Shown here: positions 56,402 through 64,000 of the stretch, in pieces
Layout of the letters: every line of letters starts with the position of its first letter
Numbering within the stretch: the stretch's first letter is position 1
Source: an uncultured Planctomycetaceae bacterium
GTDB taxonomy: Bacteria; Planctomycetota; Planctomycetia; Isosphaerales; Isosphaeraceae
Reading direction: 5' to 3'
Length of the DNA: 64,000 nucleotides
NCBI GenBank assembly: GCA_963833985.1
Contig: CAWIAD010000001.1
Coordinates: forward strand, 2,432,001-2,496,000
The notes under the pieces: generated by a model
Seen by the model: only the letters and a program-made list of their open reading frames with translations
The model's database searches: none
What the model was told of the DNA's origin: nothing
Position numbers and translations under genes: made by a program

Positions 56402-58144
56402 ATGTATGCGTTATCTCGGCTCATGTTGATCCTCACCGTTATTGGCTGCTGCGGCTGCCTGGTGGCTTTTGCATCGGTCGGTGGTGGGGTTGCCCTTATC
56501 GCCGTTCCCATCGCTCTCATCGCGGTCGCTGTCCGGCGTCGATCTGGAGTGTTCACCGCCCATGGTACCGCTAGATGGGCAACGCTCAAAGATTTGCAGT
56601 ACGCCGGAATGGTTGGCGCTAAGAGCGGGCCGATCATCGGCAGAATGGCGAATAACGCCAAGACTCCGCTCCTGAAAGCCCTGAATGATCTATTCAGGTT
56701 CAGGGTTTCGTCCAAGGCGGCTTGCGAGCAGTTCTTCGATGCGATCCGGTACTTCAATCGACCGCAGCGGCAGTCAGAGCTGATAAGGCTCCCGAACGCC
56801 GTGCATACGGCAGTGTTCGCACCCACGGGGGTTGGCAAGGGCGTTTCGTGCGTGATCCCGTTCCTCATGACATCTCGTGAGTCAGCCGTCGTCGTGGACC
56901 CAAAGGGTGAAAACTATCAACTAACAGCCGGGCATCGGCAGAAGGTGTTTGGCCACCAGATCGTAGCGCTCGACCCGTTCAAATTAGTTACGCAGACGCC
57001 GAATTCGTTCAACGTATTGGACTTCATCGACAAGGATTCGCCGACGGCTATCGATGAATGTCGTGACCTGGCCGAAGCTCTGGTGATTCGCACCGGCCAG
57101 GAGCGTGATCCACATTGGGTGGACTCAGCCGAGGCGTGGATCGCCGCCCTGACTGCCCTCGTTGTGCACTACGGCGAGCCGAATGACCGGTCGCTGCAAA
57201 CAGTGCGTACTCTGCTGGCGAGTCCAGAGAAGCTGGAGATGGCGATCAAGCTTATGAGTGCCTCTGAGGCATGGGACGGAATGCTGGCACGCATGGGCAA
57301 CCAGCTCACGCACTTTAAGGACAAGGAGCTGAACTCGGTGATGACCACGACGGGCCGCTTCCTTCGGTTCCTCGATACCTTGGCCGTCGCTGATAGCACA
57401 AAGACCAGCAGCTTTAATCCTGCCGATTTGCGGAAGGGAAAGATGACGGTGTACCTGATCCTTCCGCCTGAGCATATGCGGGCGCAGTCACCCTTGCTTC
57501 GGATGTGGATCGGCTCCTTACTTCGGGCTGTCGTTCGCGGCGGATTGCAGGAAGAAAACCTCGTCACCTACCTATTAGACGAGGCCGCATCCCTTGGCCA
57601 CATGGATGCCCTGGACGACGCGTTGACTGTCTACCGGGGGTATGGCGTCAGGCTCCAGTTCTTTTATCAGTCGGTTTCGCAGTTGAGGAAGTCTTTCCCT
57701 GACGGGCAAGACCAAGTGGTGCTCGGAAACGTTAGTCAAGTGTTCTTCGGAACTATGGAGCTTTCGACTGCGGAGTACGTCAGCAACCGGCTGGGTGAGC
57801 AGACCATCGTGGTGAGCAGCGGTGGGACGAGCACAGGTACGTCGCATCAGATGTCCGGCGAGGGGGATGGCAGCACAACCCACTCAAGGAATGCTTCTGA
57901 CAATTGGGCACAGCTCGGACGAAAGCTGCTGAAGACGGAAGAAGTGCTGGCTTTGGATAAGCGGATTGCCATCACCTTCACTCCGGGAGTGCCGCCGATC
58001 TGGACGACGCTGGTGCGGTACTACGAAGAATCGCTTTGCGGAGGCGGAGCCGGGTACTTGGAACGGTTCAAGGCGGCGGCTGGGGTGCTGTTCAAGTCAG
58101 CCGCCCTGCTGGCCATGGTGTGTGCGCTGATCTATTCGCTCTAG
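56402..58144 (+). CDS. VirD4/TraG-like type IV coupling protein
   Basis: N-terminal TMs, HGTARWA, APTGVGKG, VVDPKGE, LLDEAASLG, QSVSQL. Confidence 0.92.
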   Translation: MYALSRLMLILTVIGCCGCLVAFASVGGGVALIAVPIALIAVAVRRRSGVFTAHGTARWATLKDLQYAGMVGAKSGPIIGRMANNAKTPLLKALNDLFRFRVSSKAACEQFFDAIRYFNRPQRQSELIRLPNAVHTAVFAPTGVGKGVSCVIPFLMTSRESAVVVDPKGENYQLTAGHRQKVFGHQIVALDPFKLVTQTPNSFNVLDFIDKDSPTAIDECRDLAEALVIRTGQERDPHWVDSAEAWIAALTALVVHYGEPNDRSLQTVRTLLASPEKLEMAIKLMSASEAWDGMLARMGNQLTHFKDKELNSVMTTTGRFLRFLDTLAVADSTKTSSFNPADLRKGKMTVYLILPPEHMRAQSPLLRMWIGSLLRAVVRGGLQEENLVTYLLDEAASLGHMDALDDALTVYRGYGVRLQFFYQSVSQLRKSFPDGQDQVVLGNVSQVFFGTMELSTAEYVSNRLGEQTIVVSSGGTSTGTSHQMSGEGDGSTTHSRNASDNWAQLGRKLLKTEEVLALDKRIAITFTPGVPPIWTTLVRYYEESLCGGGAGYLERFKAAAGVLFKSAALLAMVCALIYSL

Positions 58145-58163
58145 AAAAGAAAGGGGGTGAGCG

Positions 58164-58439
58164 ATGGCAGGAGAAGTGGAGGAAAGAGGTTTCGCCGATG
58201 TCATGGTTGATGCGATCGGAGCGATGTTTCCCGAAAAGGGAGGCACGATGGATCGAGTGATAACGCAAGGATCGGCGGAGCTTGCCTCGGCACTGTTCGG
58301 CGGTAGCGATGCCTACGTCGCCTACGGCGAAGGCCAGAAACCGATTGAGGTTGAGGCTCCGCAGATTCAACCAGAGCAGCCCGTGCAGGCTGTGGAAGCC
58401 CCGCAGGTTCAACAGGAACGCGGCGGGATGGAGATGTAA
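58164..58439 (+). CDS. Hypothetical protein
   Basis: RBS; ends QQERGGMEM. Confidence 0.65.
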   Translation: MAGEVEERGFADVMVDAIGAMFPEKGGTMDRVITQGSAELASALFGGSDAYVAYGEGQKPIEVEAPQIQPEQPVQAVEAPQVQQERGGMEM

Positions 58440-58488
58440 CGACCGAAGCGTGTTTTATCAACGGCATCAACAAAGAAAGGACAGTGCA

Positions 58489-58677
58489 ATGCAATTCGTG
58501 AGTCAGGTGCTTTTCTTCGGAATCATCGTCTGGGTGTTCTGGATGATGACCTTCAGGCCAAAGCAGTTCATGGAACTGAACGAGCACGCGAAGCAAAACC
58601 AGAGGGACGCGCTGCGTGGCGCAGGAAAGGCCGCTGGCGTCGGGTTGAAAGTGCTCGGGATGTTCCTGAAGAAGTAA
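58489..58677 (+). CDS. Small single-TM protein
   Basis: AAGGA RBS; MQFVSQVLFFGIIVWVFW. Confidence 0.6.
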   Translation: MQFVSQVLFFGIIVWVFWMMTFRPKQFMELNEHAKQNQRDALRGAGKAAGVGLKVLGMFLKK

Positions 58678-58684
58678 CGAACCG

Positions 58685-58706
58685 GGCGGGGGCTTCGGCT
58701 CCCGCC
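58685..58706 (+). terminator. GC-rich hairpin with C(UUCG)G loop after the coupling-protein operon
   Basis: GGCGGGGGC-TTCG-GCTCCCGCC; no U-tract. Confidence 0.4.
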
Positions 58707-58874
58707 GTCACTCAGTCGTCGGCGTGGCAGTTTCAGATACTCATGACAAAGAGAGGTGATAGCAATGCTTAGTCGCGTGATTCAGGAGATCGACTCGTAT
58801 CTGGCGTCCCCCATGAGGGACGCAACGGACAGTTGGGAAATCGAGGAACGCAGGTTTTTGCGTTACCTGCTCTC

Positions 58875-60158
58875 CAGGGCCAGCGCGCACTTTAGGCAGG
58901 CTTGGTAGGATGTAGGGGTTGCGCTTTGTGCCGTTTATTTGTATACCTCTCCGTGTGTGACATCGCTCCCGGCACACGGAGAATCCGCCATGGCAGATCA
59001 TCGACGTGTCTCTTTGGATGAGGTTGTGGCCCACTTTCAGCAATTGGAGGATCCACGCTCGACCATCAATCAGCGACATCCCCTGGTCAGTGTACTGGTT
59101 ATCGCCTTGCTGGCGGTGCTCGCCGGTGCCGCCGGGCCAACCGCGATCGGCGCTGGGCATCCCTGAAGCAGGAGCTTCTCCTTCAGGTGCTCGAGTTGCC
59201 CAACGGCGTGCCGCGCAAGGATGTCTTCCGCCGCGTCCTCATGATGCTGAAGCCGGCCGCCTTCCAGGCCTGCTTTGCCAGTTGGTTGCAGTCGTTGCGT
59301 ACGGCGGCGATCGCGGCGACCGGCGTGGAGCAACCCATCCTGGCTGTGGACGGCAAGACGGTGCGACGCAGCCACGACCACAAGAACGGTCTGGGTGCCC
59401 TGCATTCGGTCACCGTCTGGGCCAGCGAGTTCGGCCTCTCGCTGGGTCAGGTGGCCTGCGACGAAAAATCGAACGAAATCACGGCCATTCCCGAGCTTTT
59501 GAGGCTGGTGGACATCAAAGGGGCGATCATCACCATCGACGCGATGGGCACTCAGAAGGCAATCGCAGCGGAGATCATCAAGGGCAAGGCCGACTTTGTG
59601 CTGGCGCTGAAGGGGAACCAAGAGACGCTGCATCAGGCGGTCATCGATTACATCGACAAGCAACTCGATGGAGACATCTCCGATGCGCAAGAACATGTAA
59701 CGAATGAGCGTGGACATGGGCGTGAGGAGATGCGAACCTATCTCCAGCTCCCGGCCCCCAAGGAGCTGCCCGGCTTCGATCTGTGGGCGGGACTGAAGTC
59801 GATCGGGGTGGTGACGTCGCGCTGCCTTCGGGACGGGAAGGAATCTGTCGAAGTCCGCTACTACATCAGCAGTCTGGCCCTGGATGTGAAAACCTTCGCC
59901 CGAGCCGTTCGTGGGCACTGGGGTATCGAGAACAGCTGTCACTGGACGCTGGACATGAGCTTTCGCGAGGACGAATCGCGGCTCCGCGAGCGGCGGTTGA
60001 GAGAGAATTTCGCGTGGCTGAACCGCTTCGCGTTGTCGCTCTGCAAACAGCATCCTGGACGCCAAAGCGTCGTGATGAAGCGCCGGAGTTGCGGTTGGAG
60101 CGATACCTTCTTGATGGAAGTCGTTACTGGATCTACATGTTAGTGTGCGCTGGCCCTG
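58875..60158 (+). mobile_element. ISAs1-family insertion sequence
   Basis: 17-bp TIRs CAGGGCCAGCGC(G/A)CACT; 10-bp TSD ACCTGCTCTC at 58865-58874 and 60159-60168. Confidence 0.95.
58990..60143 (+). pseudogene. ISAs1 transposase with a 1-nt frameshift near 59150
   Basis: LEDPR...HPL in one frame; VDGKTVR, KSNEITAIP, TIDAMG, LKGNQ, HWGIEN in another. Confidence 0.88.
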
Positions 60159-60288
60159 ACCTGCTCTCGCAGCTTCAAACGCAGTTGGCCGTGATGAGCG
60201 TGGACAGGTGATCGTGGGGCGGGAGGTCGTTCTTCCCGCCTATCCCCTCGCTTTCAAAACAGAGTGAAGAAACGCAGAGGAGTCCAGC

Positions 60289-60657
60289 ATGAAGAAGATG
60301 CTTTTCGGGCCGGTTGGGAAGACGGTTGGTATGTTCATCTTCGGGCTAATCGCCTTGGGGCCGGCAGGGATCGCGGTTATTGCCGTGGTTTCGTTCTTGA
60401 TCGGAGTTCCGGTCGCCGTCATAGCTCGGTGCAGAAGGGGCAGCGGCTCATCGGCAGTAGCCGCCGAGTCCGAGCAGGCCGCCTCGGGCGACGATAACTC
60501 GTTCCGCAGCAGGTATGAGGCGATGAAACCAAAGGTTCTACGCGCGATGGTGTGCTTCTGGTTGGCAATCGTCGCGCTCATCGGGTGGAAGATGTATGAA
60601 GAGTATCGGTTTCAGCAGAACTGGCCGAGGGTCATGGAGCAGTTGGGAGAGCGATAG
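60289..60657 (+). CDS. Membrane protein
   Basis: GAGGAG RBS; three hydrophobic segments. Confidence 0.65.
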   Translation: MKKMLFGPVGKTVGMFIFGLIALGPAGIAVIAVVSFLIGVPVAVIARCRRGSGSSAVAAESEQAASGDDNSFRSRYEAMKPKVLRAMVCFWLAIVALIGWKMYEEYRFQQNWPRVMEQLGER

Positions 60658-60716
60658 AGGGGCGTCGTGATCGACTGGGCCGGGACCTCCACCGGCCATT
60701 TCTTCAGGGGGGGACC

Positions 60717-60899
60717 ATGTTCATCGAATCGCAAAGTGCCGATCCGGCCATTCACGCTCTGTGCATCAAGATCGCCAGAAGGTGCGTGTGGGTCATACAG
60801 GCCGTTCTGCGGGAAGAAGAGAGAGGATTGGCGGTCAACGAGTTTTACCGCGTGTGCCGCGAGGAATTGGACAAGCCTCGCGCGACGCCGGAGGTATAG
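60717..60899 (+). CDS. Hypothetical protein
   Basis: GGGGGA RBS; operonic spacing. Confidence 0.55.
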   Translation: MFIESQSADPAIHALCIKIARRCVWVIQAVLREEERGLAVNEFYRVCREELDKPRATPEV

Positions 60900-60901
60900 C
60901 G

Positions 60902-61075
60902 ATGGCCGACGAAACATCACTGAAAGAACAGTTCAAGGCAATTCTAGCAGAGCAGAAAACCGACTACCAAGCCGCACGTTTACGCGACACCGGGCAAGAT
61001 TACGAGAAGTTCATCAAAGAACGCACAGAGCGGGCGCTGGCTCGCATGCAGGGGAAGGAAGGGCGTGATTTATGA
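60902..61075 (+). CDS. Hypothetical protein
   Basis: GGAGGT RBS; ATGA-coupled to the next gene; ends KEGRDL. Confidence 0.6.
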   Translation: MADETSLKEQFKAILAEQKTDYQAARLRDTGQDYEKFIKERTERALARMQGKEGRDL

Positions 61076-61479
61076 CCGACAAGCCACCCCGAGTCGATTG
61101 GCGCGGTGCTGATCTTCGAGGCGTCAACATGGCGGGCATGAATCTGGAGGGTGTTGACCTGCGAGCCGCAGATATGAGCGGGGCGAATTTCACCGGCAGC
61201 AATCTTCGGTATGCCGACTTTCGCGGTGCGGTGATTCACGGCACGAACTTTCAGAACGCCTCGCTCTATGGAGCGAAGATGCAGGGCGTGGAGGCGAAGC
61301 ACGCAGATTTCAGGGGAGCCGATTTGCGGCAAGTGAATTTCGGCGGCGCGTATCTTGAGGGGGCTGTCATGCCTGCGATAGACGCCCAGAGGGTGGCTTT
61401 CCAACAGCTGCTCGCTCAGGAACGGAAAGAAGCTAAGGCAATGCAGCCAGCAAAAGAAAATGAAGGGCGTGAGATATGA
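61072..61479 (+). CDS. Pentapeptide repeat protein
   Basis: ADLRG/VNMAG/MNLEG/VDLRA/ADMSG/ANFTG... repeats. Confidence 0.92.
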   Translation: MTDKPPRVDWRGADLRGVNMAGMNLEGVDLRAADMSGANFTGSNLRYADFRGAVIHGTNFQNASLYGAKMQGVEAKHADFRGADLRQVNFGGAYLEGAVMPAIDAQRVAFQQLLAQERKEAKAMQPAKENEGREI

Positions 61480-61542
61480 CCATCGAAGAGGCGGAAAGAC
61501 AGGACCGGAGATAAAGGCGGCCCTGAAAGGTGGGGTAGGACA

Positions 61543-61833
61543 ATGACGCTTGAGGAGCGGCTTGAACATATCGAGGCCATGCTGGCGCAACTGGTCGAGC
61601 GGCAGGCGGTCAAGGATTTTTACACACCGGAGGAGTTCGCCCGTCTGGTCGGGCGGGAAGCCTTCACCTGCCGCGAGTATTGCCGCCTAGGTCGCATCCG
61701 GGCGCTGAAGAAAGCAAGCGGACGCGGCAAATATGCGTCGTGGGTCATCCCGCACGATGAATTGCTCAGGTTTCAGCGTGAGGGGCTCTTGCCGGACCGG
61801 CGTCGTCAGCCAAACACTGCCAGCACTGCCTGA
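61543..61833 (+). CDS. Excisionase-like HTH protein
   Basis: FYTPEEFARLVGREAFTCREYCRLGRIRA...WVIPHDEL; convergent with the integrase. Confidence 0.75.
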   Translation: MTLEERLEHIEAMLAQLVERQAVKDFYTPEEFARLVGREAFTCREYCRLGRIRALKKASGRGKYASWVIPHDELLRFQREGLLPDRRRQPNTASTA

Positions 61834-63143
61834 CTCTTTACCTGCGGGGTAAGGTGCCGGTAGCGACGCTGCATTTCGAGTGATTGATGGCCCAGGATGT
61901 CGTCGATGATCCGCTGATCGACCCCTGCCGCCGCGAGGCACGACGCAACCGAGTGCCGCAGTACATGCAAGCCCCGGACCACCTCCCACTTTGAACCGGC
62001 CAGAGTTCGTTTGAAATGGTCGTGGCATTCGCTGGGTGTGAGCGGACCTATTTCCGGCCGGTCCTGCCGCTCATGCACCGTCGCGAGACGCTCAGCCAGG
62101 GTCTTTGCCCTGGCTGTCCCGCTTTGGTGACCGGTGGTGCGGCTGCGTTTGCGGCTTCTCTCAACTGGCCCGGCGTGGCAAAAGAGCGTGTTGCCGCCGG
62201 GATGGACGGATAGCCATGCCTGGAGAGCTTCCTTCAGCACTGTCGTCAGTGGTGCCCTGCGGGTCGAATCCTTGCCTCTGACACGTTTTTTCTCGCGGAT
62301 GGTGACGCTGCCGCCGTCGAAATCCACATCGGTTACCAGCATCCGCGTCAATTCGCTCCGCCTTGCCCCGGTGTGAGCGGCCATGCAGATCATCGGGAAA
62401 ATCCACGGATGGGCGGCGTGCTCTTTGGCATAGGCCAGCAATTCTGCGATTTCCGGTGTCCGTAGATAGAGGCTCTCCCACAGCTCCTTACGCTGGGCGG
62501 TCGTGATTCCGCCCGCCTTGAGCCGACGCTCGATCTCGTCGATGGTCTGAAACGGCGGCTTTTCGCTGGACTTCGGGTAACGCAACCCGTGATAGGGAAA
62601 GCGGCCGGTGACCATCCCCATTTTCTCAGCCCAGTTCCACGCCGTCCGTAGAGTGATGATTTCTTTCCTGATGGTGGCCGGACTGAGCCGCCTGCCCCCC
62701 ATGCCCTTGGCTTTGGCACGCCGGTCCACATAGCCTTGCAGGTCGGCAAGCTTCAGTTCACGGATGGGGAACCGCTCGCCGAGGGCGGCGGTCAGGTGCT
62801 TGAAGTGCAGCCCGATCCCTTCGATTGTTCGGGCTTCGAGAGAATCCCGATGCGTCGCCAGGTAGCGGTCGCGGAAACCGGTGAGCGTGAGTTCCCGCGA
62901 TTCGGCGGATACTTCCTGCACGTCGGCCGGTGGCTTGCCGTCGAACTGGACGAACTCGACGATATCAACGTCGGGCGGCAATTCGATCAGCCGTTGCTTA
63001 AGTCGCATCAACAGGTAATCAACCTGTGCTGCTTTGTTCGCGGCTTCCTCAGCCGACACCTTGCCGAGTGCGAGCTTTTCTTGTTTGCCGTGCCAACGGA
63101 AATGGATGCGGTATCGCCCGCTTCGCTCTTCGATTGCAGCCAT
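61806..63143 (-). CDS. Tyrosine integrase of the element
   Basis: TGARRSE, HVLRHS, ILGH, RRY; adjacent to the tRNA/att. Confidence 0.93.
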   Translation of the reverse strand: MAAIEERSGRYRIHFRWHGKQEKLALGKVSAEEAANKAAQVDYLLMRLKQRLIELPPDVDIVEFVQFDGKPPADVQEVSAESRELTLTGFRDRYLATHRDSLEARTIEGIGLHFKHLTAALGERFPIRELKLADLQGYVDRRAKAKGMGGRRLSPATIRKEIITLRTAWNWAEKMGMVTGRFPYHGLRYPKSSEKPPFQTIDEIERRLKAGGITTAQRKELWESLYLRTPEIAELLAYAKEHAAHPWIFPMICMAAHTGARRSELTRMLVTDVDFDGGSVTIREKKRVRGKDSTRRAPLTTVLKEALQAWLSVHPGGNTLFCHAGPVERSRKRSRTTGHQSGTARAKTLAERLATVHERQDRPEIGPLTPSECHDHFKRTLAGSKWEVVRGLHVLRHSVASCLAAAGVDQRIIDDILGHQSLEMQRRYRHLTPQVKSQAVLAVFG

Positions 63144-63170
63144 CGTTGCGGCTCCAATATCACCGCAACG

Positions 63171-63190
63171 CTGTTCCCAATTTGTTCCCA
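63171..63190. promoter_or_regulatory. Putative integrase arm-type sites (TGTTCCCA x2)
   Basis: CTGTTCCCAATTTGTTCCCA; counterpart at 17247. Confidence 0.7.
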
Positions 63191-63233
63191 CTGAGGGCAA
63201 ACCGACACGTTGCGATTTGCCGTAAGTATATAG

Positions 63234-63316
63234 TACCGAAGGTGGGACTTGAACCCACACGGGTGTTACCCCACCGGATTTTGAGTCCGGCGCGTCTGCC
63301 ATTCCGCCACTTCGGC
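63234..63316 (-). tRNA. tRNA-Leu (CAA); CCA not encoded
   Basis: Acceptor GCCGAAG/CTTCGGT, anticodon arm CCGGA-CTCAAAA-TCCGG, long variable arm, GTTCAAGTC T-loop. Confidence 0.97.
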
Positions 63317-63398
63317 ATGCATCAGTATCAAGCATGTTCCGAAGCCTGGCGGCTGTCAACCCCCGTATCACCGGGACGGCTGGGACCTGCGTGGGCGC

Positions 63399-63740
63399 TC
63401 AGCGACGCAACAGAAGCATGGCCAGCACCATGATCACCGAGGCCGCGGGGACGACGATCTTGGGGTCCCAGGGCATGGAACGGAAGAACGGAGTGACCTC
63501 TCCCCAGAAGCAATCGGTCAGCTCGTGCATCTCGTCCTGGACGCCGTCGAGAACAGGCGTTCTGACATCGGCCGCAACGCCGAGGACCTCCTTCCACATG
63601 CCGACGCAGAGACACGTCCCCTCCAGCACCAGGGGACCAAGACCAACCACCAGAATGAGCGCCATGATCGCGAGCGGCCACCTCGATCGGCGATGCTCGA
63701 CGTCCATCTCACTTCCAAGCTGGCCGGCGAGCTTGCGCAT
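63399..63740 (-). CDS. Hypothetical membrane protein
   Basis: N- and C-terminal TM helices; follows the TadC-like gene. Confidence 0.65.
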   Translation of the reverse strand: MRKLAGQLGSEMDVEHRRSRWPLAIMALILVVGLGPLVLEGTCLCVGMWKEVLGVAADVRTPVLDGVQDEMHELTDCFWGEVTPFFRSMPWDPKIVVPAASVIMVLAMLLLRR

Positions 63741-63758
63741 CGCCCGTTCCTTTCTCGG

Positions 63759-64000
63759 CTACTTCGCCATGATCGTGTTCGCGATCTGGATGCCGGCAGG
63801 ACCTACCAGGACCACGAAAACACCAGGGAAGATGAAGAGGATCAGCGGGATCATGATCTTCACGGCCGTCTTCGCCGCCCGCTCCTCGGCGTACTGCCGC
63901 CGGCGCAGTCGCATGGCATCGGACTGGACACGCAAGGCCGAGCCGATGCTCGAGCCGAACTTTTCCGCCTGGATGATCACCGCGGCCAGCGACCGCATGT
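63759..64000 (-). CDS. T2SS F family / TadC-like protein (3' part only)
   Basis: QAEKFGSSIGSALRVQSD...AEERAAKTAVKIMIPLILFIFP. Confidence 0.9.
   Translation of the reverse strand, partial: MRSLAAVIIQAEKFGSSIGSALRVQSDAMRLRRRQYAEERAAKTAVKIMIPLILFIFPGVFVVLVGPAGIQIANTIMAK

Larger units (their letters stand above)
58765..60211 (+). pseudogene. 50-aa ORF interrupted by the ISAs1 element
   Basis: Removing the IS and one TSD restores MLSRVIQEIDSYLASPMRDATDSWEIEERRFLRYLLSQLQTQLAVMSVDR with a GAGGTG RBS. Confidence 0.55.
17061..63302. mobile_element. ~46 kb integrative mobilizable element / integrated plasmid in tRNA-Leu(CAA)
   Basis: att direct repeats, integrase next to the tRNA, excisionase, MOBF relaxase, coupling protein, RepA/ParA. 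Confidence 0.93.

Noticed and set aside
17061..63302. Prophage or self-transmissible ICE
   Set aside because: No capsid, terminase or tail genes, and no VirB4/MPF genes recognised
63144..63371. N-terminal extension of the integrase (521-aa ORF)
   Set aside because: It reads through the tRNA and att region; ATG at 63143 is the plausible start

Overview
High-GC bacterial DNA, probably Planctomycetota (inferred from a TIGR02996-type domain, an ECF-sigma/Ser-Thr kinase pair, and S1C-WD40 and PEP-CTERM proteins). Bases 1-17 kb are chromosomal: proteases, a peptidase, regulators, a truncated penicillin acylase next to an AT-rich tandem repeat, and a DUF433/DUF5615 toxin-antitoxin pair. About 17061-63302 is one ~46 kb element integrated in tRNA-Leu(CAA), bounded by a 59-bp perfect direct repeat. 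Its backbone has a tyrosine integrase and excisionase, a MOBF relaxase, a VirD4-like coupling protein (no mating-pair genes seen), and a plasmid-type replicon (RepA, iterons, DnaA boxes, ParA plus RHH partner). It also has a leading-region operon preceded by a long hairpin. Cargo: (i) a type 3 BREX system with an inserted Schlafen/AlbA_2 gene and an extended BrxA; (ii) an unusual RiPP cluster with a 128-aa precursor (internal FTRGFDR-TNPG-YDKFYDR core), a cyclophane-type radical SAM/SPASM enzyme, a 2OG-Fe(II) oxygenase-DUF6817 fusion, a frameshifted DUF6817-methyltransferase and an arginase-fold protein; (iii) an IS91-like element, an ISAs1 element and an ORF-less group II intron. The RiPP cluster is the best candidate for an undescribed system. 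All family calls come from reading motifs by eye; no database searches were run.
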